From: an uncultured Candidatus Saccharibacteria bacterium | GTDB lineage: Bacteria > Patescibacteriota > Minisyncoccia > UBA6257 > GWB1-50-10 | Assembly: GCA_964356375.1 (NCBI GenBank) | Contig: CAYHGT010000003.1 | Span: 554 to 64,553, forward strand | Direction of reading: 5' to 3' | Length of the DNA stretch: 64,000 nucleotides | Shown here: piece by piece, positions 27,961-35,790 of the stretch | How the letters are laid out: the number at the start of each line of letters is the position of its first letter | How positions within the stretch are numbered: position 1 is the first letter of the stretch | Notes under the pieces: model-generated | Databases searched by the model: none | What the model was told of the DNA's origin: nothing | What the model saw: only the letters and a program-made list of their open reading frames with translations | Made by a program: the position numbers and the translations under genes

Positions 27961-28719
27961 TTAAAATATGATTCCGCGTGAACGGTTTATAAAATCAAGC
28001 TGAATGCCTTTTTCTTGGCTAAGCAACGCGGAAAGACTTTGAGATGCGGTTGCCGCATACAAAGGGTCATTCTCTTTATTCAAAAATGCTTGCGCGTAGG
28101 TAAGTTTCGCTTGCCAGAAATTAAGCAAGGTCAAATGAAAATCCGCCAAACTTTTCGGAACGGGCATTGCAAGAAGTATGGAAATATACGAAGAAATAGA
28201 ATTCGTTATATTAACCAATCTTTGCGAGTCCCCACCCGTAACGAAGTTTCCGAGCACTTCGTAAAAATCGGAAATTGCTGTCATGTTTTTTTCATCCGCA
28301 GAGGTAAGCGTCCTAAGATATGTTTTTACGGCACTATTGGAGGAGACGTTTAAAATTTTTATATCTTTTTCTGTAAAGTATGAAACCGGAATTGGTTTAC
28401 TGGTTGCCTTTTTTACGATGTCATTCAAAACCACATCGCTTGGAACCGCGACCTGCTTATCCGTTCCCATTCCTTGTGGATTAAGTTTTAATATTTCAAG
28501 CCCATATGCCCTTGCCGCGTCATCGGTTACATTGCGAGATGTATTGTTGTCCGCAACTGAATTTGTTAAATCTGCAAACCGAGCATCATTGCCTCCGCTC
28601 ACGCCGGAAATAGATATATCAATACTCCCTGTGTTCGTTTTATTTCCGAACACAAGCCAAGATGCACCCACAACTCCTACGAGAAGGATGCCTACCGCGA
28701 TAATCGTTCTTTTCCACAT
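27961..28719 (-). CDS. Bitopic membrane protein (N-terminal TM + periplasmic domain), possibly VirB8-like
   Basis: Single N-terminal TM (IIAVGILLVGVVGASWLVF) and about 220 aa of extracytoplasmic domain. The VirB8 analogy rests on topology and size only. Confidence 0.3.
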   Translation of the reverse strand: MWKRTIIAVGILLVGVVGASWLVFGNKTNTGSIDISISGVSGGNDARFADLTNSVADNNTSRNVTDDAARAYGLEILKLNPQGMGTDKQVAVPSDVVLNDIVKKATSKPIPVSYFTEKDIKILNVSSNSAVKTYLRTLTSADEKNMTAISDFYEVLGNFVTGGDSQRLVNITNSISSYISILLAMPVPKSLADFHLTLLNFWQAKLTYAQAFLNKENDPLYAATASQSLSALLSQEKGIQLDFINRSRGIIF

Positions 28720-28725
28720 AGGTAC

Positions 28726-29544
28726 TCATTTATTATACAACACAAACGCTAATTGTTTTATAGCGTTTATGTGCATATGTTGCGGTCTCGCAGTTCCAGA
28801 AACGTCCAAATCCGCAAACAGTTTCTGACGTTCTGTTTCCGAGAGTTTTGCAAACGAAGGACACGTTTTTAGGTTGTTCAAAATCGTTTTTCTCGGTTGT
28901 TTGAAGAGCGCTTTTATGAGTGGGTAATAAAATTCAGGAGGCGTTATATCGGGTTTTTCGTGCGTTACGAGTCGAATGACCGCCGAATCTACCTTTGGTG
29001 GTGGCAAAAACAGTTTTTTCGGCAACGTCATTAACATTTCAACGTCCGCAAAGTATTGTACGCTTGAAGCAAGAAGGTTCATCTCCCCCGCACCCGCGGA
29101 TACGCGTTCCGCCACCTCTTTTTGAGTGGTAAACACTGACACGGTTGGTTTTTGAGCGAGCCCCTCAATCACGCGGAAAAGGAATCCCGTGATGTAATAA
29201 GGAATATTGCCTATAAGTTTGTAGGATTGGCCAGAAATTTTCTTGCTTTCCACGAGCTTCGGCAATTCAATGAGCGCATCGCCCTCAATAATATGCAATC
29301 TTCCTTCTGCAATAAGCAAGGAGAATTTTGCTTGAAGTCCTGGAATAAGCATTGCGTCGCGCTCAAGAAGAAAAAGGCGCGCGTGTTTTAGATTGCGCAC
29401 CTTGTCCACAAGAAACGAAGTAAGTTCACCGTGTCCAGGGCCTATCTCAATAATCGTGTCGTTTTCTTTGATATGGACCGCATTTGCAATCGCGTCAAGT
29501 TTTTCTCTGCTATTTAAAAAATGTTGGCCAAGTTTCTGTCGCAT
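28726..29544 (-). CDS. rsmA: 16S rRNA (adenine1518/1519-N6)-dimethyltransferase RsmA/KsgA
   Basis: MRQKLGQHFL start, SAM-binding IIEIGPGHGELT, 272 aa. Confidence 0.9.
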   Translation of the reverse strand: MRQKLGQHFLNSREKLDAIANAVHIKENDTIIEIGPGHGELTSFLVDKVRNLKHARLFLLERDAMLIPGLQAKFSLLIAEGRLHIIEGDALIELPKLVESKKISGQSYKLIGNIPYYITGFLFRVIEGLAQKPTVSVFTTQKEVAERVSAGAGEMNLLASSVQYFADVEMLMTLPKKLFLPPPKVDSAVIRLVTHEKPDITPPEFYYPLIKALFKQPRKTILNNLKTCPSFAKLSETERQKLFADLDVSGTARPQHMHINAIKQLAFVLYNK

Positions 29545-29553
29545 TTTTATTTT

Positions 29554-29991
29554 CTATGGCGCAAGACCCGTGCCGATGGATGTAAGCAATCCCCTGTTTC
29601 CGAGCATAGTACAAATATATCCCGCTTGCATCCAACATGCCTGTACTCCTGGGATGTATGTGGCGAGCATACCGGATCCTGGACGAACCATGTAATTTGA
29701 ATGAGTCTCGGTAAGAAGTCTCGAGTAGGTATATGTGCCAGACTTTGTTAAGTCCTTTCCCTTAATGTAAACATACATAGCAGCCAACCAAGAGGTGTAT
29801 GCGCAAGTACACGCCGTCATTGACATAAGTGTTCCTCCAACCGCAAGACCGCCAGGATTTACTCCCGCAACCGCCTCAGCTGATTTTATGTGCACGCCGA
29901 AAGAGGCGCCCACAATCGCGACAAAAATAATAATAGAAAATAAAACCCTATGTATATTTATGTAAGAAAAAATCTTCATATATGACTTCAT
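29554..29991 (-). CDS. Hypothetical Cys-rich membrane or secreted protein
   Basis: Probable start MKSYMK at 29991; one N-terminal TM/signal (VLFSIIIFVAIVGASFGV). Confidence 0.4.
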   Translation of the reverse strand: MKSYMKIFSYINIHRVLFSIIIFVAIVGASFGVHIKSAEAVAGVNPGGLAVGGTLMSMTACTCAYTSWLAAMYVYIKGKDLTKSGTYTYSRLLTETHSNYMVRPGSGMLATYIPGVQACWMQAGYICTMLGNRGLLTSIGTGLAP

Positions 29992-30245
29992 TCTATCACA
30001 AGGATTGATCCGTGACCACGCACAAACCAAAAAAGTGGTGCTGTAATTAATTACAGCACCAGATTGTGTTGCGAGTTGAGATGGGAATAATAAGCATTGA
30101 ACGATTGACCGTCTAGATTGAAAAAAATACTAAAATTTGTTATCATATACATATTCCTACAATATATAGGTTCGGAAAAATAATAGAGCCACTCATTAGC
30201 GAAGTATCTAAAACGACCAGTATATGGTCGCTGATTTTCGTAATT

Positions 30246-31217
30246 ATGGCTCTTTTCCTCAACTTTCTCCCCCAGTCGCACTCAAATGCGATTTTTTATT
30301 ACGCGGGTAATGAAACTGCTAGTTTTGAGAATAAGGGTGGCCCAGCGGTATCCCTAAACGACCCCGCGGTACAATCCAACCTCAATGTGTCTCCGTCGTA
30401 CGCCGTGGACGCAAGGCAGGTTGTGACAGATAGCGAGAGCGGTTCGGCGATTGCGGCGTCTAATCCAGTACCCGACTTTGCAATCTCTGACAACGGCTTG
30501 AGGCAGTATACGGTGCAAATGGGCGATACTATCGTGAAGATTGCTAAGAAATTTAATATTTCGGACGATACGATAAAATTTGCGAATCGCGGAATAAAGT
30601 CTGTGCGAGTTGGCGCAACACTTACCATTCTTCCCGTGTCAGGTGTGCTTTACTTTGTAAAAGAGGGTGACGCATTGGAATTGATAGCACAAAAATATAC
30701 AACCGAGGTAGACGCGATAAAGCGATATAACCCGAATTATCAAAAAATACTTGCAGATGGAAACGGCCGACTCATTTTACCGTTCGTGAAGCCGTCCGAA
30801 AAAACAATGGCACAGAATTCCGACAAACTCCCCGAATTTAAAAACTTTTTCACACTTCCACTCGCGGGTCTGAATTTCGGTGAGTTGCACGCGAATAACG
30901 CGGTGGACATTGGAAATAAATGTGGAGTTGCGGTAAAAGCTTCTGCGGGAGGAACGGTAATTGAAGACAGCATATTGAAAAGCGACGGTTCAAGCGGATG
31001 GAATAATGGCTATGGATTATTTGTACTCATTGAACACTCAAATGGTGTAAAGACGCGCTATGCGCACCTCAACAAAGTTTTGGTAAAAGTTGGCGATTCT
31101 GTAAATCAAGGAGACCAGATTGGATTGGTTGGTAATACTGGAAATGCGGATGGACCGACGGGTTGTCATTTGCACTTTGAGATCATTGGCGCAAGAAATC
31201 CGTTTGCTACCAAGTAA
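30246..31217 (+). CDS. Peptidoglycan hydrolase: two LysM domains + M23 (LytM) metallopeptidase
   Basis: LysM repeats (YTVQMGDTIVKIAKKFNISDDTIKFAN; YFVKEGDALELIAQKYTTEVDAIKRYNP). M23 catalytic HxxxD...HLHFEI motif at the C-terminus. Confidence 0.85.
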   Translation: MALFLNFLPQSHSNAIFYYAGNETASFENKGGPAVSLNDPAVQSNLNVSPSYAVDARQVVTDSESGSAIAASNPVPDFAISDNGLRQYTVQMGDTIVKIAKKFNISDDTIKFANRGIKSVRVGATLTILPVSGVLYFVKEGDALELIAQKYTTEVDAIKRYNPNYQKILADGNGRLILPFVKPSEKTMAQNSDKLPEFKNFFTLPLAGLNFGELHANNAVDIGNKCGVAVKASAGGTVIEDSILKSDGSSGWNNGYGLFVLIEHSNGVKTRYAHLNKVLVKVGDSVNQGDQIGLVGNTGNADGPTGCHLHFEIIGARNPFATK

Positions 31218-31345
31218 GAATTTTTGTGTTCCACGAAAATTCTTGCTCTTGGTTCACTCGGACGAAATGAAAACTGGCTCTCATTTCGCTTCTCGCTGCC
31301 AAGAGTAGGGCTTGGGGGAAAGGGATTAGGGAATAGCGCGGAACA

Positions 31346-31684
31346 TCACGAGGCGGGGACCCTCAATTTTTTTATTATAACGCTTAAAATTTTAAGAATC
31401 TCAACAATAAGTATTTCGGCGTTTTTCAATTCGTTTTTTTGGCCTAATCCAAGCTCTTTTGCAATAATCAATTGCGTTTCAAGTTCTGCCGCCGAACCAA
31501 GGGCGATACCCAAAAACCGCACGTACTCTCGTCTGCCCCCACGCAAATACCCCTCAGCAATATTTGAAGGAACAGATACCGCCGCTCTTCGCATCTGATT
31601 TGAGAGCGAAAACACTTCCGATTTTGGAAACGTTTCGGTGAGTACATAAATTGTTTTCACCAACCCGATTCCTTTCTGCCACAC
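31346..31684 (-). CDS. Four-helix-bundle protein (TIGR02436-like, '23S rRNA intervening-sequence protein' family)
   Basis: 112 aa with the family-typical ...PKSEVFSLSNQMRRAAVSVPSNIAEG...AELETQL... pattern. Confidence 0.65.
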   Translation of the reverse strand: MWQKGIGLVKTIYVLTETFPKSEVFSLSNQMRRAAVSVPSNIAEGYLRGGRREYVRFLGIALGSAAELETQLIIAKELGLGQKNELKNAEILIVEILKILSVIIKKLRVPAS

Positions 31685-31748
31685 GATTAGTTTTTTGTGT
31701 GATTGCGTGTCTCCTTTTGTTAATCCCTTTTCCCTCCGTCCCTAACCC

Positions 31749-33290
31749 CTATTCCCTAAGTCTATATTGGAACGCCTCAGCAAGGTGTTCTTTTTTTACA
31801 TTTTCCGATTCGGCAAGATCCGCGATGGTTCGCCCCACTTTTAAGACGCGATAATATCCGCGTGTAGAAAGTACCTGTTTTTCTAAAATCTGTTTTAGGA
31901 ATTCTTCAGCGTCCGCATCCGATATAGCATATTTTTCCGTTTGGCGAGAGTTCATTTCGGCATTCGTATGAATGCGTGGAGAGATGTCTTTGAATCGTAT
32001 TCGTTGCATTTCTCGCGCAGTAGCAATTTGTGATTTAAGCGATTGCTCATCACTCATCTCCTTTTCCTCACGTGGTTTTTGTAAATCCTCTATTGGAATT
32101 TTCTTGACCTCAATCTGAATATCAAAGCGATCAAGTAGGGGTCCCGAAAGTTTTTTCTGATAGCGCAGTATTTCGTGCGCGCTACATTTACATTCTTTGT
32201 CACCCGATTCGTAGTGACCGCATGGACATGGATTCATTGCGGCTGCCAAAATAAATCGCGCGGGAAATATAAGCGTTTTTTTTGCGCGCGCAATGTGCAC
32301 CTTCCCGTCTTCAAGCGGCTGGCGGAGTCCTTCCAAAATGTCTCTATGAAATTCAGGAAGTTCATCCAAAAATAATACACCCCTGTGCGACAAACTTATT
32401 TCTCCCGGGCGTGGATTAGTACCTCCGCCCAAAATTGAAACTAAAGAAGCGCTGTGGTGTGGCGCGCGAAATGGGCGCCACTCAATAAATGACGCGCGTT
32501 GTGTAAGTCCCGCAGCGCTGTAAATTCTAGTAATCTCAATACTTTCTTCAAGTGAGGGAAGTGGAAGAATAGAAGGAATCGCTTGAGCGAGCATTGTCTT
32601 TCCAGTGCCTGGAGGTCCGGACATTAAAATATTGTGTCCACCCGCTGCCGCAATCGCGAGGGCGCGTTTCGCCGCCACGTGTCCGCGAATATCGTGGAGC
32701 GCGACTTGTAAGGGCGCATAGCCCGGAACGAATTCCGTGCGCGGTTGTGGTTTTAGAAGTGTTGTGCCTTCAAGATGATCTATAAGCTCTTTCATGGTAT
32801 GCACAGGAATAACTTCTATTCCTTCAACAACCGCAGCTTCTGCCGCATTTTGTGCGGGAAGAAAAAGTTGTGCGAGCCCGCGCGCACGCACAAGAAGTGC
32901 GATGTTTAAGGCGCCGCTAATTGGACGAAGCGCGCCATCAAGCGAAAGCTCTCCCACAAATAACTTGTCGTGCGCGGGAAATGTTTTTAACTGATTACTC
33001 GCAAGCATATACGCGACCGCGATAGGAAGATCAAAACGGGCACCCGCTTTTTTCGTGTCTGCGGGCGCAAGATTTATGGTGATTTTTCTATTTTCGCGCG
33101 TAGGCGGTTTTACGCCCGAATTTTTAAGCGCGGAATTTACACGTTCTTTTGCTTCGCTCACCGCCTTATCTGCAAGTCCCACAATATTAAAAGAGTGGAG
33201 ACCTACATTTAAATCGGCCTCCACCTCTATGAGTTCAGCATCAATTCCCTCAAGTTCCGCCGAGAAAAGTTTCGGAACGGAGCTAATCAT
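31749..33290 (-). CDS. comM: Mg-chelatase-like AAA+ ATPase YifB/ComM (competence-associated)
   Basis: N-terminal Lon-like domain, Walker [14 protein letters not shown], ChlI-type domain, C-terminal Mg_chelatase_C; 513 aa. Confidence 0.85.
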   Translation of the reverse strand: MISSVPKLFSAELEGIDAELIEVEADLNVGLHSFNIVGLADKAVSEAKERVNSALKNSGVKPPTRENRKITINLAPADTKKAGARFDLPIAVAYMLASNQLKTFPAHDKLFVGELSLDGALRPISGALNIALLVRARGLAQLFLPAQNAAEAAVVEGIEVIPVHTMKELIDHLEGTTLLKPQPRTEFVPGYAPLQVALHDIRGHVAAKRALAIAAAGGHNILMSGPPGTGKTMLAQAIPSILPLPSLEESIEITRIYSAAGLTQRASFIEWRPFRAPHHSASLVSILGGGTNPRPGEISLSHRGVLFLDELPEFHRDILEGLRQPLEDGKVHIARAKKTLIFPARFILAAAMNPCPCGHYESGDKECKCSAHEILRYQKKLSGPLLDRFDIQIEVKKIPIEDLQKPREEKEMSDEQSLKSQIATAREMQRIRFKDISPRIHTNAEMNSRQTEKYAISDADAEEFLKQILEKQVLSTRGYYRVLKVGRTIADLAESENVKKEHLAEAFQYRLRE

Positions 33291-33305
33291 CGTTTAGAAG
33301 AGGCA

Positions 33306-33632
33306 CTATTTTAGTTTGCAGGATTTGCAGAGGCGTGACTCCGGTTCGGCCGTGAGTACCTCAAGCGAAATGGGATTGTGACATTCTTCGCACACGCCAT
33401 ACTCGCCCACCACGATGCGCTCAAGCGCGCCATTCACGTCGCGCAAGTGTTCTTTTGTGACTACTTGTATACCGAGTTTATTCGCAAATTCCTCCGCTTC
33501 GTCGGTTTCTTCATCAAGCGCATCTACATCGCTTCCGAAGTCGGTATGTGGATCCTCTAGCTCGTGAGTGAGCTTGATCTTATCCTCAAGCAATTTTTCT
33601 TTGAGTGTTTCCAACTCCTCTTTTGTAATCAT
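33306..33632 (-). CDS. DksA/TraR-family C4-type zinc-finger protein
   Basis: Coiled-coil N-terminus and C-terminal CEEC-x17-CKSC zinc finger. Confidence 0.7.
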   Translation of the reverse strand: MITKEELETLKEKLLEDKIKLTHELEDPHTDFGSDVDALDEETDEAEEFANKLGIQVVTKEHLRDVNGALERIVVGEYGVCEECHNPISLEVLTAEPESRLCKSCKLK

Positions 33633-33664
33633 AGTTTAAAAAATAGTGCAGTGCGCGCGTAGTG

Positions 33665-33771
33665 TCAATCCCGTTAGAGGCAACTGACCCCACCAGTTTC
33701 ATCTATTGTGCCAGCAGGAGCTGTGTGTTGATATCCCAGAAGCGTGGTAGACTCAAGCCTCTAACGGGATC
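33665..33771. repeat. Inverted-repeat mini-element copy A (TCAATCCCGTTAGAGG ... GCCTCTAACGGGATC, about 107 bp)
   Basis: 13-15-bp perfect terminal inverted repeats around a non-conserved spacer of about 80 bp; homologous termini occur at 48436-48537 and 59366-59469. Confidence 0.55.
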
Positions 33772-33789
33772 AAACGCAACAGGATTATT

Positions 33790-34548
33790 CTACCACATCC
33801 GTATTTTTTCCGCGCGGACTATAAGGAACATCGGAATCTCGGTCAAAAGTTTTGCTGCGCTACCCTTATTCATCACGGTATGCATGCTGAACACAGGTTC
33901 ACGAATATCAGTAATACAAAATCCAGCGGTGTGAAGAACACGCGAATAATATTCAAGCGGGCGATGATATACTTCTGTTTCGCGCGACACGCCCTGTAGA
34001 TGCCAATCTTTTCTAAATGGAGTTGTGTATTGGCTTAACTCGTAATGAGGGAGTTGTCCCTGTAGAAGCTCAGAAAAATTTTTACGCACCGCACCGCTTA
34101 CAAAAAATGGATGAAGAATAGAAAAAATAAAAAACCCACCAGTTTTTGTGACGCGTCCTAATTCACTCACCGCGCAATCAATCGGGTCAAAATCCATAAG
34201 CACCATATTTGAAATAACACCATCAAATGACCCACTAAAAAATGTAAGCGGTTTTTTTAAATCGTGCACAAAAAATGTAAGCGAATCGGATTCTGGATAA
34301 CGTTCTTTTGCAATTTCAATCAGGTTTTCTGAAGCATCAACGCCAATTACAGTGGCACCCTTTGTATGCATATCAGCGGAAAAATATCCCTGTCCGCATC
34401 CCGCATCAAGGATTCGTTTCCCATTCAAATAGGGCAAGAGCGCATTCACTGCTGGATTCAATAATTGTTCACGAAAAAAATCGCCACGCATAATGAGTGC
34501 ATCATATTCGTGCGCGATTATGTTCCAACTTTTTATATTGTCATCCAT
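33790..34548 (-). CDS. Class I SAM-dependent methyltransferase
   Basis: Motif I ILDAGCGQGYFS and motif post-I VIGVDASENLIEIAK; 252 aa. Confidence 0.8.
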   Translation of the reverse strand: MDDNIKSWNIIAHEYDALIMRGDFFREQLLNPAVNALLPYLNGKRILDAGCGQGYFSADMHTKGATVIGVDASENLIEIAKERYPESDSLTFFVHDLKKPLTFFSGSFDGVISNMVLMDFDPIDCAVSELGRVTKTGGFFIFSILHPFFVSGAVRKNFSELLQGQLPHYELSQYTTPFRKDWHLQGVSRETEVYHRPLEYYSRVLHTAGFCITDIREPVFSMHTVMNKGSAAKLLTEIPMFLIVRAEKIRMW

Positions 34549-34555
34549 CGGAAAA

Positions 34556-35605
34556 CTACAGTCCGAGTTTTACGGCTGCGGCCTGCGCGCCCGCGTAGCT
34601 CGTGCTAATCACAAGATTATCGTTAAGCCACGCATAGCTAAACGCGACATTCTTTGTTGAATATGAAATGTAGCGCGCAATAAATGTGCTTACTTTTCCA
34701 TCTTTCCAGCGCCCAGCGGTTCCCGGATTCGCAAGGAACATTGACGCAAATTCGTTGTTCGTTTCAAGTTTTTTAATCTCTGTTTGTGCGGTTACAACAT
34801 CCGCGCCCGATGCGAGTTTCAAAACCATACCCGGCCACGCGCCTGTTTTATCAACATAGGTAAAGAACGAGGCGTCTGGTTGGAATAACAACATCGTACT
34901 TGAGGTGAATACACTCGGCACAAAAAGAGGAGCAATCGCGGATAGCGCATATGTTTTTCCGACACTGTTTTTGAAGACAATTTCTTTCAGTAATGGTACG
35001 TCCACGGTGTTTGATTGGATTGCGCTTTTTACTGCATCAAGTGTTACGGACGCGAGCGTTGCTTCGGATATCGTATCGGCAGATGTTTTAAATAACGATG
35101 TATGCATCACGACAGTTTCAAACGGTGATTCGGTGATTGTGCTCGTTGCTTCTATGGGAAGTTCTGGGGGGGGTACCTCTTGATTCACAACGGGTGGTTG
35201 TTCTGTGACTGGCGCTATTACAGGAGCCACTGCAAAGAAGCGAGGGTATATGAAAAAGTAGCCGAGTGCAATAAGCGCACCAACACCAACGAGTACTGCG
35301 AGAAGCATGAACCAATTTGTTTTTGATTTTGGCATTTGCATTTCCGGAATAGCAGATGCGGGATTCGCGTTTCCAAAATCTGTTTGCGGTGGAATTACTG
35401 AAGACGGAGCCGGAATATTTCCGGTGGGATTATATGGCTTCGGTTCGCCACCGCCCGTTTCTTTTATTGAGGCAATGTCGGAAGACATTGTTCTCATTGC
35501 TACTTCTGCTATGGGCGTGTTTGCGAGCGGAACCTCGCCCTCGCCCGCTCCGATCACTGGGTTTTTTTCCGACCAATTTTGACCCGGGGTTTGAAAGTCT
35601 GTCAT
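34556..35605 (-). CDS. Hypothetical single-pass membrane protein with Pro-rich N-terminal region
   Basis: TM WFMLLAVLVGVGALIALGYFFIY; no catalytic motifs. Confidence 0.45.
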   Translation of the reverse strand: MTDFQTPGQNWSEKNPVIGAGEGEVPLANTPIAEVAMRTMSSDIASIKETGGGEPKPYNPTGNIPAPSSVIPPQTDFGNANPASAIPEMQMPKSKTNWFMLLAVLVGVGALIALGYFFIYPRFFAVAPVIAPVTEQPPVVNQEVPPPELPIEATSTITESPFETVVMHTSLFKTSADTISEATLASVTLDAVKSAIQSNTVDVPLLKEIVFKNSVGKTYALSAIAPLFVPSVFTSSTMLLFQPDASFFTYVDKTGAWPGMVLKLASGADVVTAQTEIKKLETNNEFASMFLANPGTAGRWKDGKVSTFIARYISYSTKNVAFSYAWLNDNLVISTSYAGAQAAAVKLGL

Positions 35606-35628
35606 TGCCTTTATTATACACTATCGTA

Positions 35629-35790
35629 TAGGGGTTAGGGATAAGGGGCAAGGGGATAGTCCATGGAAGGGGGGCGAGGGTGTATAGTAATGGAATGTGG
35701 GGGGAACGAAACAAAAAACCGCATGTGCGGTTTTTTGTTCCTAATCCCTAATCCCTAACCCCTTTCCCCTAATCACTATACCCTACTCTT
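35629..35790. repeat. G-rich arm / terminator hairpin / C-rich arm composite (GGGGTTAGGGATAAGGGG ... aaaaaaccgcatgtgcggtttttt ... CCTAATCCCTAATCCCTAACCCC)
   Basis: TTAGGG(A)-like heptamer repeats on one side of a canonical intrinsic terminator, and their reverse complement on the other side. Located between convergent genes. Related copies at 31725-31760, 41646-41711, 44717-44868 and 49857-49936. Confidence 0.6.
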
